A stretch of 64,000 bases of DNA, taken from NCBI GenBank assembly GCA_016191015.1, contig JACPPM010000200.1:21954-85953 (forward strand), in the 5' to 3' direction. Made by a program: the position numbers and the translations under genes. Positions 55,774-64,000 of the stretch are shown piece by piece (the stretch's first letter is position 1; every line of letters starts with the position of its first letter). The notes below the pieces were generated by a model, which had not been told where the DNA came from, ran no database searches, and saw only the letters and a list, made by a program, of their open reading frames with translations. The stretch is from Acidobacteriota bacterium (GTDB lineage Bacteria; Acidobacteriota; CAIWXX01).

Positions 55774-56343
55774 TCAAACCTGTGCAATTCCAGGATGCTC
55801 CCGCGACAGAAAATTCAAGCCCGCGTACACCTTCAGGTCGATCAGGGCGCCGTCGCGCCGTTTCTGATCGAGCCACTCCGGGATCCCGGCCAGCGGAACC
55901 GCGTGAACGGCGATGTCCTCGTGCTGATCGCCGCCGCCCTCGCCGGACCTGACCAGGCCGCTCGCTCGAAAGACCGCAATCACCTCACTCGAAACCCCCG
56001 CCGAGACGACACCTTCCGTCAACAGGGTCAACGACCGCGCCTGGTAGCCCGTCTCTTCGAACAACTCCCGCGCGGCTGCCGCCGCCAGGTCCTCCTGGCC
56101 GCCGGGGTGTTGATCACCAGCCAGACCGGCCGGGAGCTCGACGACCCGCTTCTGAACCGGCGGGCGGTACTGTTCGACCAGGATTAGCTTGTTGTCATCG
56201 GTGACCGCGATGATACCGACAATGCCGCAGATCTTCTGTCGTTCGACGTACTCCCAGGCGCCTCTGCGGACAAACCGCAGGTGCTTGCCCTCGGCGATGA
56301 GGATTTTTTCCCTGGAATCCAGATGACGCGGGGTGTGCCTCAC
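55774..56343 (-). CDS. NUDIX hydrolase (ADP-ribose pyrophosphatase-like)
   Basis: Nudix box GLAGDQHPGGQEDLAAAAARELFEETGY. GTG start at 56343 preceded by GGAGG. Longer ORF extensions were rejected. Confidence 0.8.
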   Translation of the reverse strand: MRHTPRHLDSREKILIAEGKHLRFVRRGAWEYVERQKICGIVGIIAVTDDNKLILVEQYRPPVQKRVVELPAGLAGDQHPGGQEDLAAAAARELFEETGYQARSLTLLTEGVVSAGVSSEVIAVFRASGLVRSGEGGGDQHEDIAVHAVPLAGIPEWLDQKRRDGALIDLKVYAGLNFLSREHPGIAQV

Positions 56344-56371
56344 AGTACCTCCAACTGCCTCTCCGTGGGCC

Positions 56372-57508
56372 TCAACCAGCCGCCGATCGCAGCGGCTCGT
56401 CGGGCGAGTAAGGCAGAATGCCGCGGACGGCCTCGCCCTCGGACAACCGCACCAGCACGAAGCCGTGCGACCGTGGCGCCGGTGCGTCATAGTTCGCCAC
56501 GAAACGGTAGAGATGTCCCTCAAACTCGATCGTGCGCGCATTCGTCCATGTGGATTTTGGACGGCACGACTCCACCTTGAGTTGCCAGCCGTCCGCTCCA
56601 TCGCCGTGGATGACACGATCGACGACCAGAGGCGAGGCTGGCGTCAGCCGTTGTTTCCGCCACGACCGCACGAACACGGGGAGGAACCCCTCTCCGCCTG
56701 CATCATGCAGCAGCACGTCCTCCGGATCATAGTCGATGACTCCACGGAACGCCTCACCTTCTGCAGGGCGTCGAAGCAGGAACACATAGGGCCGCTTCGA
56801 CGGGCGCCTCTTCTTCCCCCCACGCACCACCGTGAAGAACTCCCCCTCGAAGCGAACGGTCCTCGGTGGCGTCCAGTCGGGCTTCGTCCTGCACGAAGCG
56901 ACTCGCAGGTCCCACCCACGCGAACCGATCGCTCTGGTGACGTGGTCACGCACGAGAGGGATCCTGAGGTCATGACTGAGCCGCTTCAGACGGGCGGCGG
57001 CGCGATCCAGGAGGGCCAGCGGTAGTGTCCCGGGAGTTTGCCCGGCGTGCCCGGCGGCTAGCGCCCGCACCAACCCCTCGATCACAAAGAAGCTCAAGAT
57101 CCATGTAACGGGATGGAAGACGAACGCGACGAACCCCGAGAAGCCCGAGCTGACGGCAGCAAACTCGACCGGAATGTCTTGTCCCTTATCCACGGCGGCC
57201 GCGAGCAGCGGGTCCATCTGGCTGTCCACCGCGATATGGATCACCCTCATGTACCAGTCAAAGAGCACGAAGAATCCAACGAGGAATTCAACCAGCCCCG
57301 ACGTCACCGTGGCCGGACCCCACTCGACGGCAAGATCGCGAAAGACCCGACGACGCCACTGGCCGGGCAAGAGGGCGAGGAAGGGACCCGCCAGGAAGGT
57401 CCACGCCGCTGATCTCCGATCCACCGAGAAACCCTTCAGGCCGGATATTTTCCCGAGATGTAATCGGTGAGCATCCGGATTTCGAACTCCTGGTTTCTGC
57501 TGGCCCAT
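56372..57508 (-). CDS. Membrane protein with two tandem ~65-aa C-terminal repeats
   Basis: N-terminal TM helices. The repeats W[DQ]L[RK]V[AE]SCR.K..WT..RT[VI][RE]FEG share pattern. Confidence 0.45.
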   Translation of the reverse strand: MGQQKPGVRNPDAHRLHLGKISGLKGFSVDRRSAAWTFLAGPFLALLPGQWRRRVFRDLAVEWGPATVTSGLVEFLVGFFVLFDWYMRVIHIAVDSQMDPLLAAAVDKGQDIPVEFAAVSSGFSGFVAFVFHPVTWILSFFVIEGLVRALAAGHAGQTPGTLPLALLDRAAARLKRLSHDLRIPLVRDHVTRAIGSRGWDLRVASCRTKPDWTPPRTVRFEGEFFTVVRGGKKRRPSKRPYVFLLRRPAEGEAFRGVIDYDPEDVLLHDAGGEGFLPVFVRSWRKQRLTPASPLVVDRVIHGDGADGWQLKVESCRPKSTWTNARTIEFEGHLYRFVANYDAPAPRSHGFVLVRLSEGEAVRGILPYSPDEPLRSAAG

Positions 57509-57876
57509 CGCACCAAGTCGCCAATCGAGATCATCCCCACTACTTTGCCCTCATTCACGACAGGCAAGTGCCGGCACCGCCTCTGCGTCATGATGGCCAT
57601 CGCTTCGGCTGCGGCCGTTCCAGGCTCGATGCAGACCAGTTCCCTGGTCATCACATCGGCCACTTTGGTTGTCGATGGGTCCTTTCGTGTCAGGATCACT
57701 CGTGACATCACGTCCCGCTCGCTGAATATCCCCGCGGGCGCCCCGTCCCTTTCGACCAGCACAGCCCCGATCTTGTGTGCGCACATTGCCTCGACCGCCT
57801 GCAAAACAGTCGCCTCCGCTGGTGTCGTGAGCACAGACGATCCCTTTTCGCGAAGAAGGGTTCCGACGGTATCCAT
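57436..57876 (-). CDS. CBS-domain pair protein
   Basis: Two CBS motifs. GGGAGG ribosome-binding site 7 nt before the ATG at 57876. Confidence 0.8.
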   Translation of the reverse strand: MDTVGTLLREKGSSVLTTPAEATVLQAVEAMCAHKIGAVLVERDGAPAGIFSERDVMSRVILTRKDPSTTKVADVMTRELVCIEPGTAAAEAMAIMTQRRCRHLPVVNEGKVVGMISIGDLVRWASRNQEFEIRMLTDYISGKYPA

Positions 57877-57947
57877 CGCATTGCCTCCCGATGTGTTCTG
57901 ATGCTTAGAGTATGAAAGAAAGGGAGCCTCGTTTGCAAGGGGCTGAG

Positions 57948-58811
57948 TCATTTGCCGCGGTCTCGAGCCCGCCGCTTCCTGGTCCCTCGGCGCGGCTTTC
58001 GCTCCTCCCTGATTCCCTCGACCGCATCGGCCGCCTGTCCCGCCTGCTCGCCATACCTCTGCTTGAGATAATAGAGATGGTCCATCGTGAAAAGATAGAG
58101 ATCCGTCTCGGTGTCGTCGGGAAAATCCGCCATGATCTCGCTCGTCCGAATCGTCTCGACCACCGGGCCGTATACCGTGTCCCTCCATGAAGCCACGGCC
58201 TCCTCCCATGTAACATCCCGGCCCAGCTCGATCCCACGGAAATACCGATGGACGCTGATGTGATCCAGGAGACGCTCGTATCCATTGCCTTGGGTCGTTC
58301 TGTAATCATCCACACGATCGGCCACGAGTCCTGTCGTCTCCAGGAAATCCGCCTGCCCCTCACGCAACACCACATCCTGGACCGTGGCATCTGCCGGCAG
58401 TGGCACGGGGGTAAGAAACTCCTTCACGCGCGCCTCGATCGAGGGCGCCGCATTGACTCGCGCCACCGACACCCGATGATGGCCATCGACCACGAAGTAT
58501 GCCTCACCAACCAGATACAGCTCGACCGGCGGAAACCCTCGCTGTCCCTCAGCAAGCTCGCTGATCTCCTCCCACCGCTCACGCAGCGACTCCTCGCGCG
58601 GGAGAAACGCCCGGCTGAACTCGCGCTCGCGTCCGATCGTCCCGACAATCCGGTCGATGGGCACCTCCTGCGTTCCGCGATCGACCACATGCTTGAGGCG
58701 CAGCCGCTCCCGCACATCGTCGAACCTCAAAAGGTCCTCGGGGCGGCGCAGCAGGCGGGCCAGAAGGTCGCGCATCAGGGCGGCGAGGCGTGCGGAGTCG
58801 AACCGGCTCAT
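57948..58811 (-). CDS. ParB-like nuclease domain protein
   Basis: ParB/Srx motif YFVVDGHHRVSVAR. Confidence 0.55.
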   Translation of the reverse strand: MSRFDSARLAALMRDLLARLLRRPEDLLRFDDVRERLRLKHVVDRGTQEVPIDRIVGTIGREREFSRAFLPREESLRERWEEISELAEGQRGFPPVELYLVGEAYFVVDGHHRVSVARVNAAPSIEARVKEFLTPVPLPADATVQDVVLREGQADFLETTGLVADRVDDYRTTQGNGYERLLDHISVHRYFRGIELGRDVTWEEAVASWRDTVYGPVVETIRTSEIMADFPDDTETDLYLFTMDHLYYLKQRYGEQAGQAADAVEGIREERKPRRGTRKRRARDRGK

Positions 58812-58861
58812 GATAACATCCTCGTGCGGCGCTGCGATGCCGCGCACAGGAGGCGCCTGTC

Positions 58862-60526
58862 ATGTCTCGCCATCATGCATTCATCATCCTCTGGCTCGCC
58901 CTTATTCTTAACACATGCACGCCGGCCACGACCGGCGAACATCCCGCTCGGCCAGCGCTCGCGCCGGATGCCGGCGGCGTCCCCCAGTGGAACAACGGCT
59001 GGTCTCGAGGAGGCGTCTTCTATGAGCTCTTCGTCAGAAGTTTTGCCGATTCCAACGGAGATGGGATCGGCGATCTGCGCGGGCTCATCTCGAAGCTGGA
59101 CTACCTCAACGACGGCAATGCCACGAGCACAACCGACCTGGGCGTCGACGCTCTGTGGCTCATGCCGATCTTCAAGTCTCCGAGCTACCATGGCTACGAC
59201 GTGACCGACTACGAGACGATCAATCCCGAGTACGGGACCAACGATGATTTCGTGAAGCTTTGTCAGGAGGCACACAAACGCGGGATCCGGATTATCATCG
59301 ACTATGTGATCAACCACTCGGCCGCGGATCATCCCTGGTTTATCGACTCTGCGTCGTCGCCGAATTCGGCTCGCCGCAACTGGTACGTGTGGAGCCCCAC
59401 GGATTTGGGATGGAAACAGCCCTGGGGCGGGAACTACCCGACGTGGCACCCGATGAATGGAGCCTATTTCTACGGCGTCTTCTGGAGCGGGATGCCGGAC
59501 CTGAACTTCACGACCCTTGCGGTCCGCAAGGAGATCAAGCGCGTGGCCAAGGTGTGGCTCACACGCGGAGCCGATGGGTTCAGGCTGGATGCGACCCGCT
59601 ACCTGATCGAAACGGGCCCCGGCCCCGGACAGGCGGACGTCGTCGACACTCACAACTTCCTGAAGGAGCTCTCCAGACACGTTCGCATCGTCAAGCCTGA
59701 AGCGACGCTGGTCGGCGAGAACTGGACCGAGACGCCGATCATAGCGACATATTTCGGCAGCACCTCCGTTGTGGCCGGTGGCGACGAGCTGCCGATGAAT
59801 TTCAATTTCCCGCTCTCCGACAGGATGATCGAGGGGGTCAGTGAGGCGAACGCGACGGGGATCGCGGAAAAAATCGCCGAGGTGAAGGCGCTCTACCCGG
59901 CCGGAGCCACCGACGCTCCGTTCCTCACCAATCACGATCACGTCCGTATCGCGACGCAGCTCGCCAGCGACGCTGGCAAACTCCGCAACGCGGCAGCCGT
60001 CCTGCTGACCATGCCAGGCTCCCCCTTCCTCTACTATGGCGAAGAGATCGGATTGCAGAACGGCACGACGGGCAATGATGAGGCGAAGCGGACGCCGATG
60101 CCGTGGAACGGGAGCCCGGGCGGCGGGTTCACGACCGGGACGCCGTGGTTTCCGTTTGCGCACGGCCATGAGGTGACCAACGTGGGCGCGCAGACCGGGG
60201 ACCCGAAATCGCTGCTGTCGCGGTATCGGTCCCTCATCCGTGCTCGAAAAAAATCCCCGGCCCTGACGAGCGGCAGCATCGATCTCCTGACCTCCACGAC
60301 CGGCACATCCCCGGTCCTGGCCTTCATGAGATCAGGATCGGGAGAGCGCGTCCTGGTCGTGCACAACCTCAGCGATGGCTTCGCCATCGGTGGCCCGCTT
60401 GCCGTGACAATGACCTCCGCAGAAAAGCTCTTCGCCGATGCGAACGTCGGCGATCCGTCCGGGTCTCCGAACAACATCCGTGTGACTCTCCCGCCGCGAT
60501 CATCGGGCGTCTGGCGGTTGAAGTGA
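58862..60526 (+). CDS. GH13 alpha-amylase-family glycoside hydrolase (secreted)
   Basis: Signal peptide. GH13 regions (DGIGDL.GL..KLDYL, GVDALWLMPIF, GFRLDATRY, EVKAL catalytic region). Confidence 0.9.
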   Translation: MSRHHAFIILWLALILNTCTPATTGEHPARPALAPDAGGVPQWNNGWSRGGVFYELFVRSFADSNGDGIGDLRGLISKLDYLNDGNATSTTDLGVDALWLMPIFKSPSYHGYDVTDYETINPEYGTNDDFVKLCQEAHKRGIRIIIDYVINHSAADHPWFIDSASSPNSARRNWYVWSPTDLGWKQPWGGNYPTWHPMNGAYFYGVFWSGMPDLNFTTLAVRKEIKRVAKVWLTRGADGFRLDATRYLIETGPGPGQADVVDTHNFLKELSRHVRIVKPEATLVGENWTETPIIATYFGSTSVVAGGDELPMNFNFPLSDRMIEGVSEANATGIAEKIAEVKALYPAGATDAPFLTNHDHVRIATQLASDAGKLRNAAAVLLTMPGSPFLYYGEEIGLQNGTTGNDEAKRTPMPWNGSPGGGFTTGTPWFPFAHGHEVTNVGAQTGDPKSLLSRYRSLIRARKKSPALTSGSIDLLTSTTGTSPVLAFMRSGSGERVLVVHNLSDGFAIGGPLAVTMTSAEKLFADANVGDPSGSPNNIRVTLPPRSSGVWRLK

Positions 60527-60553
60527 GCGGCGCCGCGAGGGGAAAGCAATACG

Positions 60554-61501
60554 TCAGTGGCTCGGGATGGGGACAACTCCTGGTAGTTTCACCCGCCGCC
60601 CGTTGCGGAGATCGTAATCCTTCAAAACCTCTTCCTGCTTCTTTCCTTCCGGCACGATGATGTCGATGAGCGGCGGGAGGAGGTTGTCGTCCTCGTAGCC
60701 GCCACCGAAGCGGTCACGCCATGTGCCGGGTGAAACCGGCAATATCATGAGGCTTTCCGGGGCAGCCTCGGCCAGGCCCAAAGTGGCCGGGATGTCGAGG
60801 CGCTGCTGGATGTCGGCTCCGGAGATCGCGACGACATAGCTCCACGAAAGCTTCGCCTGCCCGCCCAGGAACGCCGCCGGCACGAGGAAACGGATCTTCG
60901 GGCCGATGACGCGGATGCGCGTCGGAAAGAAATAGCGGACCTTCACGTCGCGATCGATGGAGGCTTCGATGATCGTGAGCTGGTCGTCGTCGATGGACCC
61001 TCGCTTCTCTTTCATCTCCCGTTTGGCACGCGCTTTCAGGATGCGCCGCAGAGCGTCCTCGGTTTCGAAAGGTCGTGGCGTCAAGCATATGACCTTCTCC
61101 CACGCATGTGCCGGATCGATCTCAGCGCGGCGCCCGGGGAGCGCCTCAACCGAGCCCATGCCGGCTTCGCGATCCGTGTCGATGTAGATGTCGAGATTGA
61201 ATGTATAGAAACCGAAGCGGGCGACGGTGTCGAGAGACGTGCCGGTCGAGTCGATGGTTCGGCGCGCCGTCGGCACGACCGGGCTGGCGAACACAGCCTC
61301 GAACATCGTGCCTTCACCATCGGGGTAAGCGGAGAGCGAGATGAGATCGAGGCTGCCCGGGTGCAAGTCATCCCGGAGCGGATAAGTCATCTTCCCCCAG
61401 CCGTGGTCGTCGCCACGAGGATCGGTGAGCGTGAAGATAGCGTCGCTTGCGAAAGCGACGGGTGATACCGAAAGCATGAGGGTGCAGATGATGATTCTCA
61501 C
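60554..61501 (-). CDS. Secreted glucodextranase-like C-domain protein
   Basis: Signal peptide from the GTG at 61501, with AAAGGA ribosome-binding site. Family placement is tentative. Confidence 0.5.
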   Translation of the reverse strand: MRIIICTLMLSVSPVAFASDAIFTLTDPRGDDHGWGKMTYPLRDDLHPGSLDLISLSAYPDGEGTMFEAVFASPVVPTARRTIDSTGTSLDTVARFGFYTFNLDIYIDTDREAGMGSVEALPGRRAEIDPAHAWEKVICLTPRPFETEDALRRILKARAKREMKEKRGSIDDDQLTIIEASIDRDVKVRYFFPTRIRVIGPKIRFLVPAAFLGGQAKLSWSYVVAISGADIQQRLDIPATLGLAEAAPESLMILPVSPGTWRDRFGGGYEDDNLLPPLIDIIVPEGKKQEEVLKDYDLRNGRRVKLPGVVPIPSH

Positions 61502-61616
61502 GGATGGTCCTTTAATGGCGAGGCCTGATGGCCGGATTGAATGCAAAGTGCAAAATGAAAGAGGGGAGTAGGAGCCTGTGCGCCTACTCCCCTGGAGAGC
61601 ATGTCCCGAATTTCTC

Positions 61617-63947
61617 CTAGAACTGGACCTTCATGAAGGCCTTGAGTCTGTTCTGGGTGAAATCACGTGACTCGAGGCTGTTCCAGCCGCCGAACCGGCC
61701 TTCGAAACCGAGCGAGCCGACGGGAACATTGTGATCGGCCGCGATCTGCTCACTGGCAACTTGCGGCACGAATCCGCCGCCGAAATCAGGATCGAAAGTC
61801 CCGAAGTTGTACTGCCACTCGAGGCCGAACTCGGCGCCGGCCAGAATGTACCGGAACTTCGCCATGAGCTTGTTCTTCGTATGCTTGCCGGACGCCATCT
61901 CGTGCAACTGATAGGCCTGGAAGGCCGTGTTGCCGTCCTTCAGATCCGCGTTGTAGTACTCGTACGTGAGCGATCCGTAGAGATCGCTCGAGAGCTGGTA
62001 GCCGGCCCCGATCTGGAGCATCGTGTAGCTCAGATCGCGATCGTCATCCGAGATGCTGTCGAACGGTTTCCACTTGTTGCCGGTCACACCATTGACCGTG
62101 ATCTCGGGAGGGGCGCCGTACAGATCGGCCGTCGTATTACTACCGAAGTAGTAATGCTTCGATCCATCTGCATTGTACGGCAGGTAGTTCGGATTGTTCA
62201 TGCGCAGGTCGGTCTCGCTGATCCGCTTGATCTTCCCGAACAGGTCGACGCCCTTGCCGACGTTCGCGACGTACTTGAACCTGGCCAGTGCAATGTGGGT
62301 CGTCTTGTCCTGGAACGGCGCGTAGGCCGACCGGAAGTTGTGACCGACGCCCGAATCCACTTCCATAGTCGGATAGTAGCTGTCGAGGATCGGTCGGGTG
62401 TCGTCGCCGAACGCTTGCCAATTGGTGTTGTAGGTAAGGTACGTGTATTCGGCCGCCAGATCGAACGCTCCGGTACCGTAAACCGGGGCCACGGTGACCC
62501 CCTTCCATCCGATGGCGGTTTCGGCCATCGGCTCATCGAAGTCGGTGAACTCGTTGTCGACGTTGATCGTGGCCACCTGCTGAGCGTTCCCGTCCCAACC
62601 GCCGTAGCCGATCCGGGTCGGGTTGCCCTTGAACACGCCGAAGGCCGCGTTCGACGGCCCCGGGAAGGCAAACGCTGAATCGTGTCCTTCGGTCAGGAGC
62701 ACGTCCGCTTCACGCCGTGATGCCATCATCGAGGCGTAATCGGCACCGAAGCTGAACGCTTCGATATTGAGCGACAGACCCGCGCCCATCGGGTCGTTGA
62801 GGTCGAGATTGACCTTCCAAATGTTGTCGTCGTGCTTGCCCTGAATCACGGGCGAGAATCCCGCGATCCCGAACATCCCGGGTTCGGGTTTCGTGTCATC
62901 CTGGTCGACGTCGGTTTCAGAGTTCGAGTGATAGATGGCGGCCCGAATGTCGAACTGCGCACTCGGGTGGATCCCGACCTTCGCGCCGATGACCGCGTTC
63001 TTGAACCGGAACCGTAGATCCCGGCCGTCGTCGAGGTTGAGATCGCGCGCATCGACCTCCTGGTCATTCACGTACTGGAAGATCGCCCCGACGTCGAAAG
63101 TCCGGTTCGGTGTGGCCTTCGCCTGCAGACCATAGGCGGCGTCGGACGCGTGGAGGATGCCAGTGTTGAAATTAGGTCCGGCCCAGAGACGCGGCAGCGA
63201 AATGCGCGTTGCATCCCACGTGAACTTGCGTTCGGCGGCCGAGCCTTGGAAAAGCAGCCCGGCGGCGTTGTCGCGGTCGATATAGCGGAGACGCCCGATG
63301 ACGAACGGATCGAACTGCCCAAAATCGTTCGCGCCGATCGTCGCGGAATCGAGCCAGCTATACCCGGGGGTCAGCGTCACGGCGACACCGCGAAGCTTCA
63401 CATACTGGTTCGAACGCGGATCATACTCACCGCAATCTCCCGATGTGCATCCCTTCGTGATGTCGTTGCGGCCGCCGAACCCGCCGAAATTCGTCCAGAA
63501 GTTCTGGTTGAACCGGCTGTGCAGGCGTGCCTTCACGTCGACCTGCTTGCTCATCTTCGCGCTCAGAAGCAGCTCGACCTCGGATCCCTGCCCGTTGTCG
63601 CTGTAGCCCTCGCCCGGCACTGTTGTGAAGTTGTAGATCGACCCCGAGTCGCGCTGTGTGCCCCAGAGCCACTTGGTGTAGGTGGTGCCGCCCATGACCA
63701 GCTTGGTCGCCGGCGCGGGCGCCGCGGGCCTCATGACCGGCGCTGCCATTGCGGGCGCAGCCTCGGCCGCCGGTGCCACTTCGGCGGCCGCCGCTTCCGC
63801 GGCCGGCGCGTGCCCGGAGAGGTAGACCATCTTCAGCATGGCCTGGCGAACCGGCGTCCCGTCGGGTGCGGCCTCGTAGCCGAGCATCGTGTGCTGCGCA
63901 TCGGCCTCGGCTGCCTCGCCGGCGCCGTTCCCCGCCAGGATGTCCAC
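61617..63947 (-). CDS. Putative outer-membrane beta-barrel protein (porin-like); N-terminal start uncertain
   Basis: C-terminal ...KAFMKVQF ending in Phe. Alternating aromatic/hydrophilic strands. Ala/Pro-rich N-region. Candidate ATG starts at 63887, 63839 and 63830. Confidence 0.55.
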   Translation of the reverse strand: MDILAGNGAGEAAEADAQHTMLGYEAAPDGTPVRQAMLKMVYLSGHAPAAEAAAAEVAPAAEAAPAMAAPVMRPAAPAPATKLVMGGTTYTKWLWGTQRDSGSIYNFTTVPGEGYSDNGQGSEVELLLSAKMSKQVDVKARLHSRFNQNFWTNFGGFGGRNDITKGCTSGDCGEYDPRSNQYVKLRGVAVTLTPGYSWLDSATIGANDFGQFDPFVIGRLRYIDRDNAAGLLFQGSAAERKFTWDATRISLPRLWAGPNFNTGILHASDAAYGLQAKATPNRTFDVGAIFQYVNDQEVDARDLNLDDGRDLRFRFKNAVIGAKVGIHPSAQFDIRAAIYHSNSETDVDQDDTKPEPGMFGIAGFSPVIQGKHDDNIWKVNLDLNDPMGAGLSLNIEAFSFGADYASMMASRREADVLLTEGHDSAFAFPGPSNAAFGVFKGNPTRIGYGGWDGNAQQVATINVDNEFTDFDEPMAETAIGWKGVTVAPVYGTGAFDLAAEYTYLTYNTNWQAFGDDTRPILDSYYPTMEVDSGVGHNFRSAYAPFQDKTTHIALARFKYVANVGKGVDLFGKIKRISETDLRMNNPNYLPYNADGSKHYYFGSNTTADLYGAPPEITVNGVTGNKWKPFDSISDDDRDLSYTMLQIGAGYQLSSDLYGSLTYEYYNADLKDGNTAFQAYQLHEMASGKHTKNKLMAKFRYILAGAEFGLEWQYNFGTFDPDFGGGFVPQVASEQIAADHNVPVGSLGFEGRFGGWNSLESRDFTQNRLKAFMKVQF

Positions 63948-64000
63948 GACATGCGGGTCTGCGTCGCCATCGGTGCCGCCCCCGAACCTGTGCTGACCCT

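Noticed and set aside
55774-56616. Long 280-aa form of the NUDIX ORF overlapping the upstream membrane-protein gene.
   Set aside because: The Nudix-domain homology starts near the GTG at 56343, which has a GGAGG ribosome-binding site. The longer form would overlap the neighbouring gene by more than 240 nt.

Overview
High-GC (roughly 65%) bacterial chromosome segment, with Gram-negative hallmarks: a PilT retraction ATPase, a LytS/LytTR pair, and a C-terminal-Phe outer-membrane barrel protein.

Positions 1-30,600 are ordinary chromosome:
- the tail of a cell-division cluster (yggS-yggT-divIVA);
- a glycosyltransferase and a PAS/GAF hybrid histidine kinase;
- yjbQ, the NADP-malic enzyme gene maeB, and a PilT-family ATPase;
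- an AmmeMemoRadiSam-type radical SAM enzyme, nadA and a PLP-dependent decarboxylase;
- a methyltransferase and an HExxH hydrolase;
- a LytS/LytTR two-component pair;
- a GntR-regulated operon (ADPS-like FAD oxidase, GlpD, FGGY kinase);
- an M48 peptidase, a second hybrid histidine kinase and poly(A) polymerase PcnB.

The main finding is a ~23.7-kb integrative mobilizable element inserted in the 3' half of tRNA-Arg(ACG), spanning 30,702-54,430. It is flanked by a 49-bp imperfect direct repeat and by GGGTACCACC arm-type repeats at both ends. It carries:
- a tyrosine integrase and an Xis-like HTH;
- an IncQ-like replication module (RecA-like AAA_25 helicase, an initiator-like gene holding three 22-bp iterons, a primase-like protein);
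- MobC, a relaxase and a type IV coupling protein, but no VirB4/VirB11 channel;
- a ParA/ParG partition cassette with centromere-like repeats;
- several toxin-antitoxin modules (a frameshifted brnT with brnA, extra brnA-like genes, and a DUF433/DUF5615 pair);
- two large signal-peptide cargo proteins: a metzincin with BACON-like repeats and a TIG domain, and a protein with about nine FN3-like repeats;
- several short repeat families inside the element, some with G/C homopolymer tracts of 7-10 bp.

Just outside attR lie decayed brnA remnants, suggesting serial integrations at this tRNA. The right end of the window (58.8-64 kb) is a starch/maltodextrin-type cluster: a GH13 enzyme, a glucodextranase-like protein and an outer-membrane barrel protein.

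A separate ~170-bp repeat containing three phased CGCAGAT motifs occurs twice in the chromosomal part, upstream of yggS and of the radical SAM gene. I found no CRISPR array and no rRNA.
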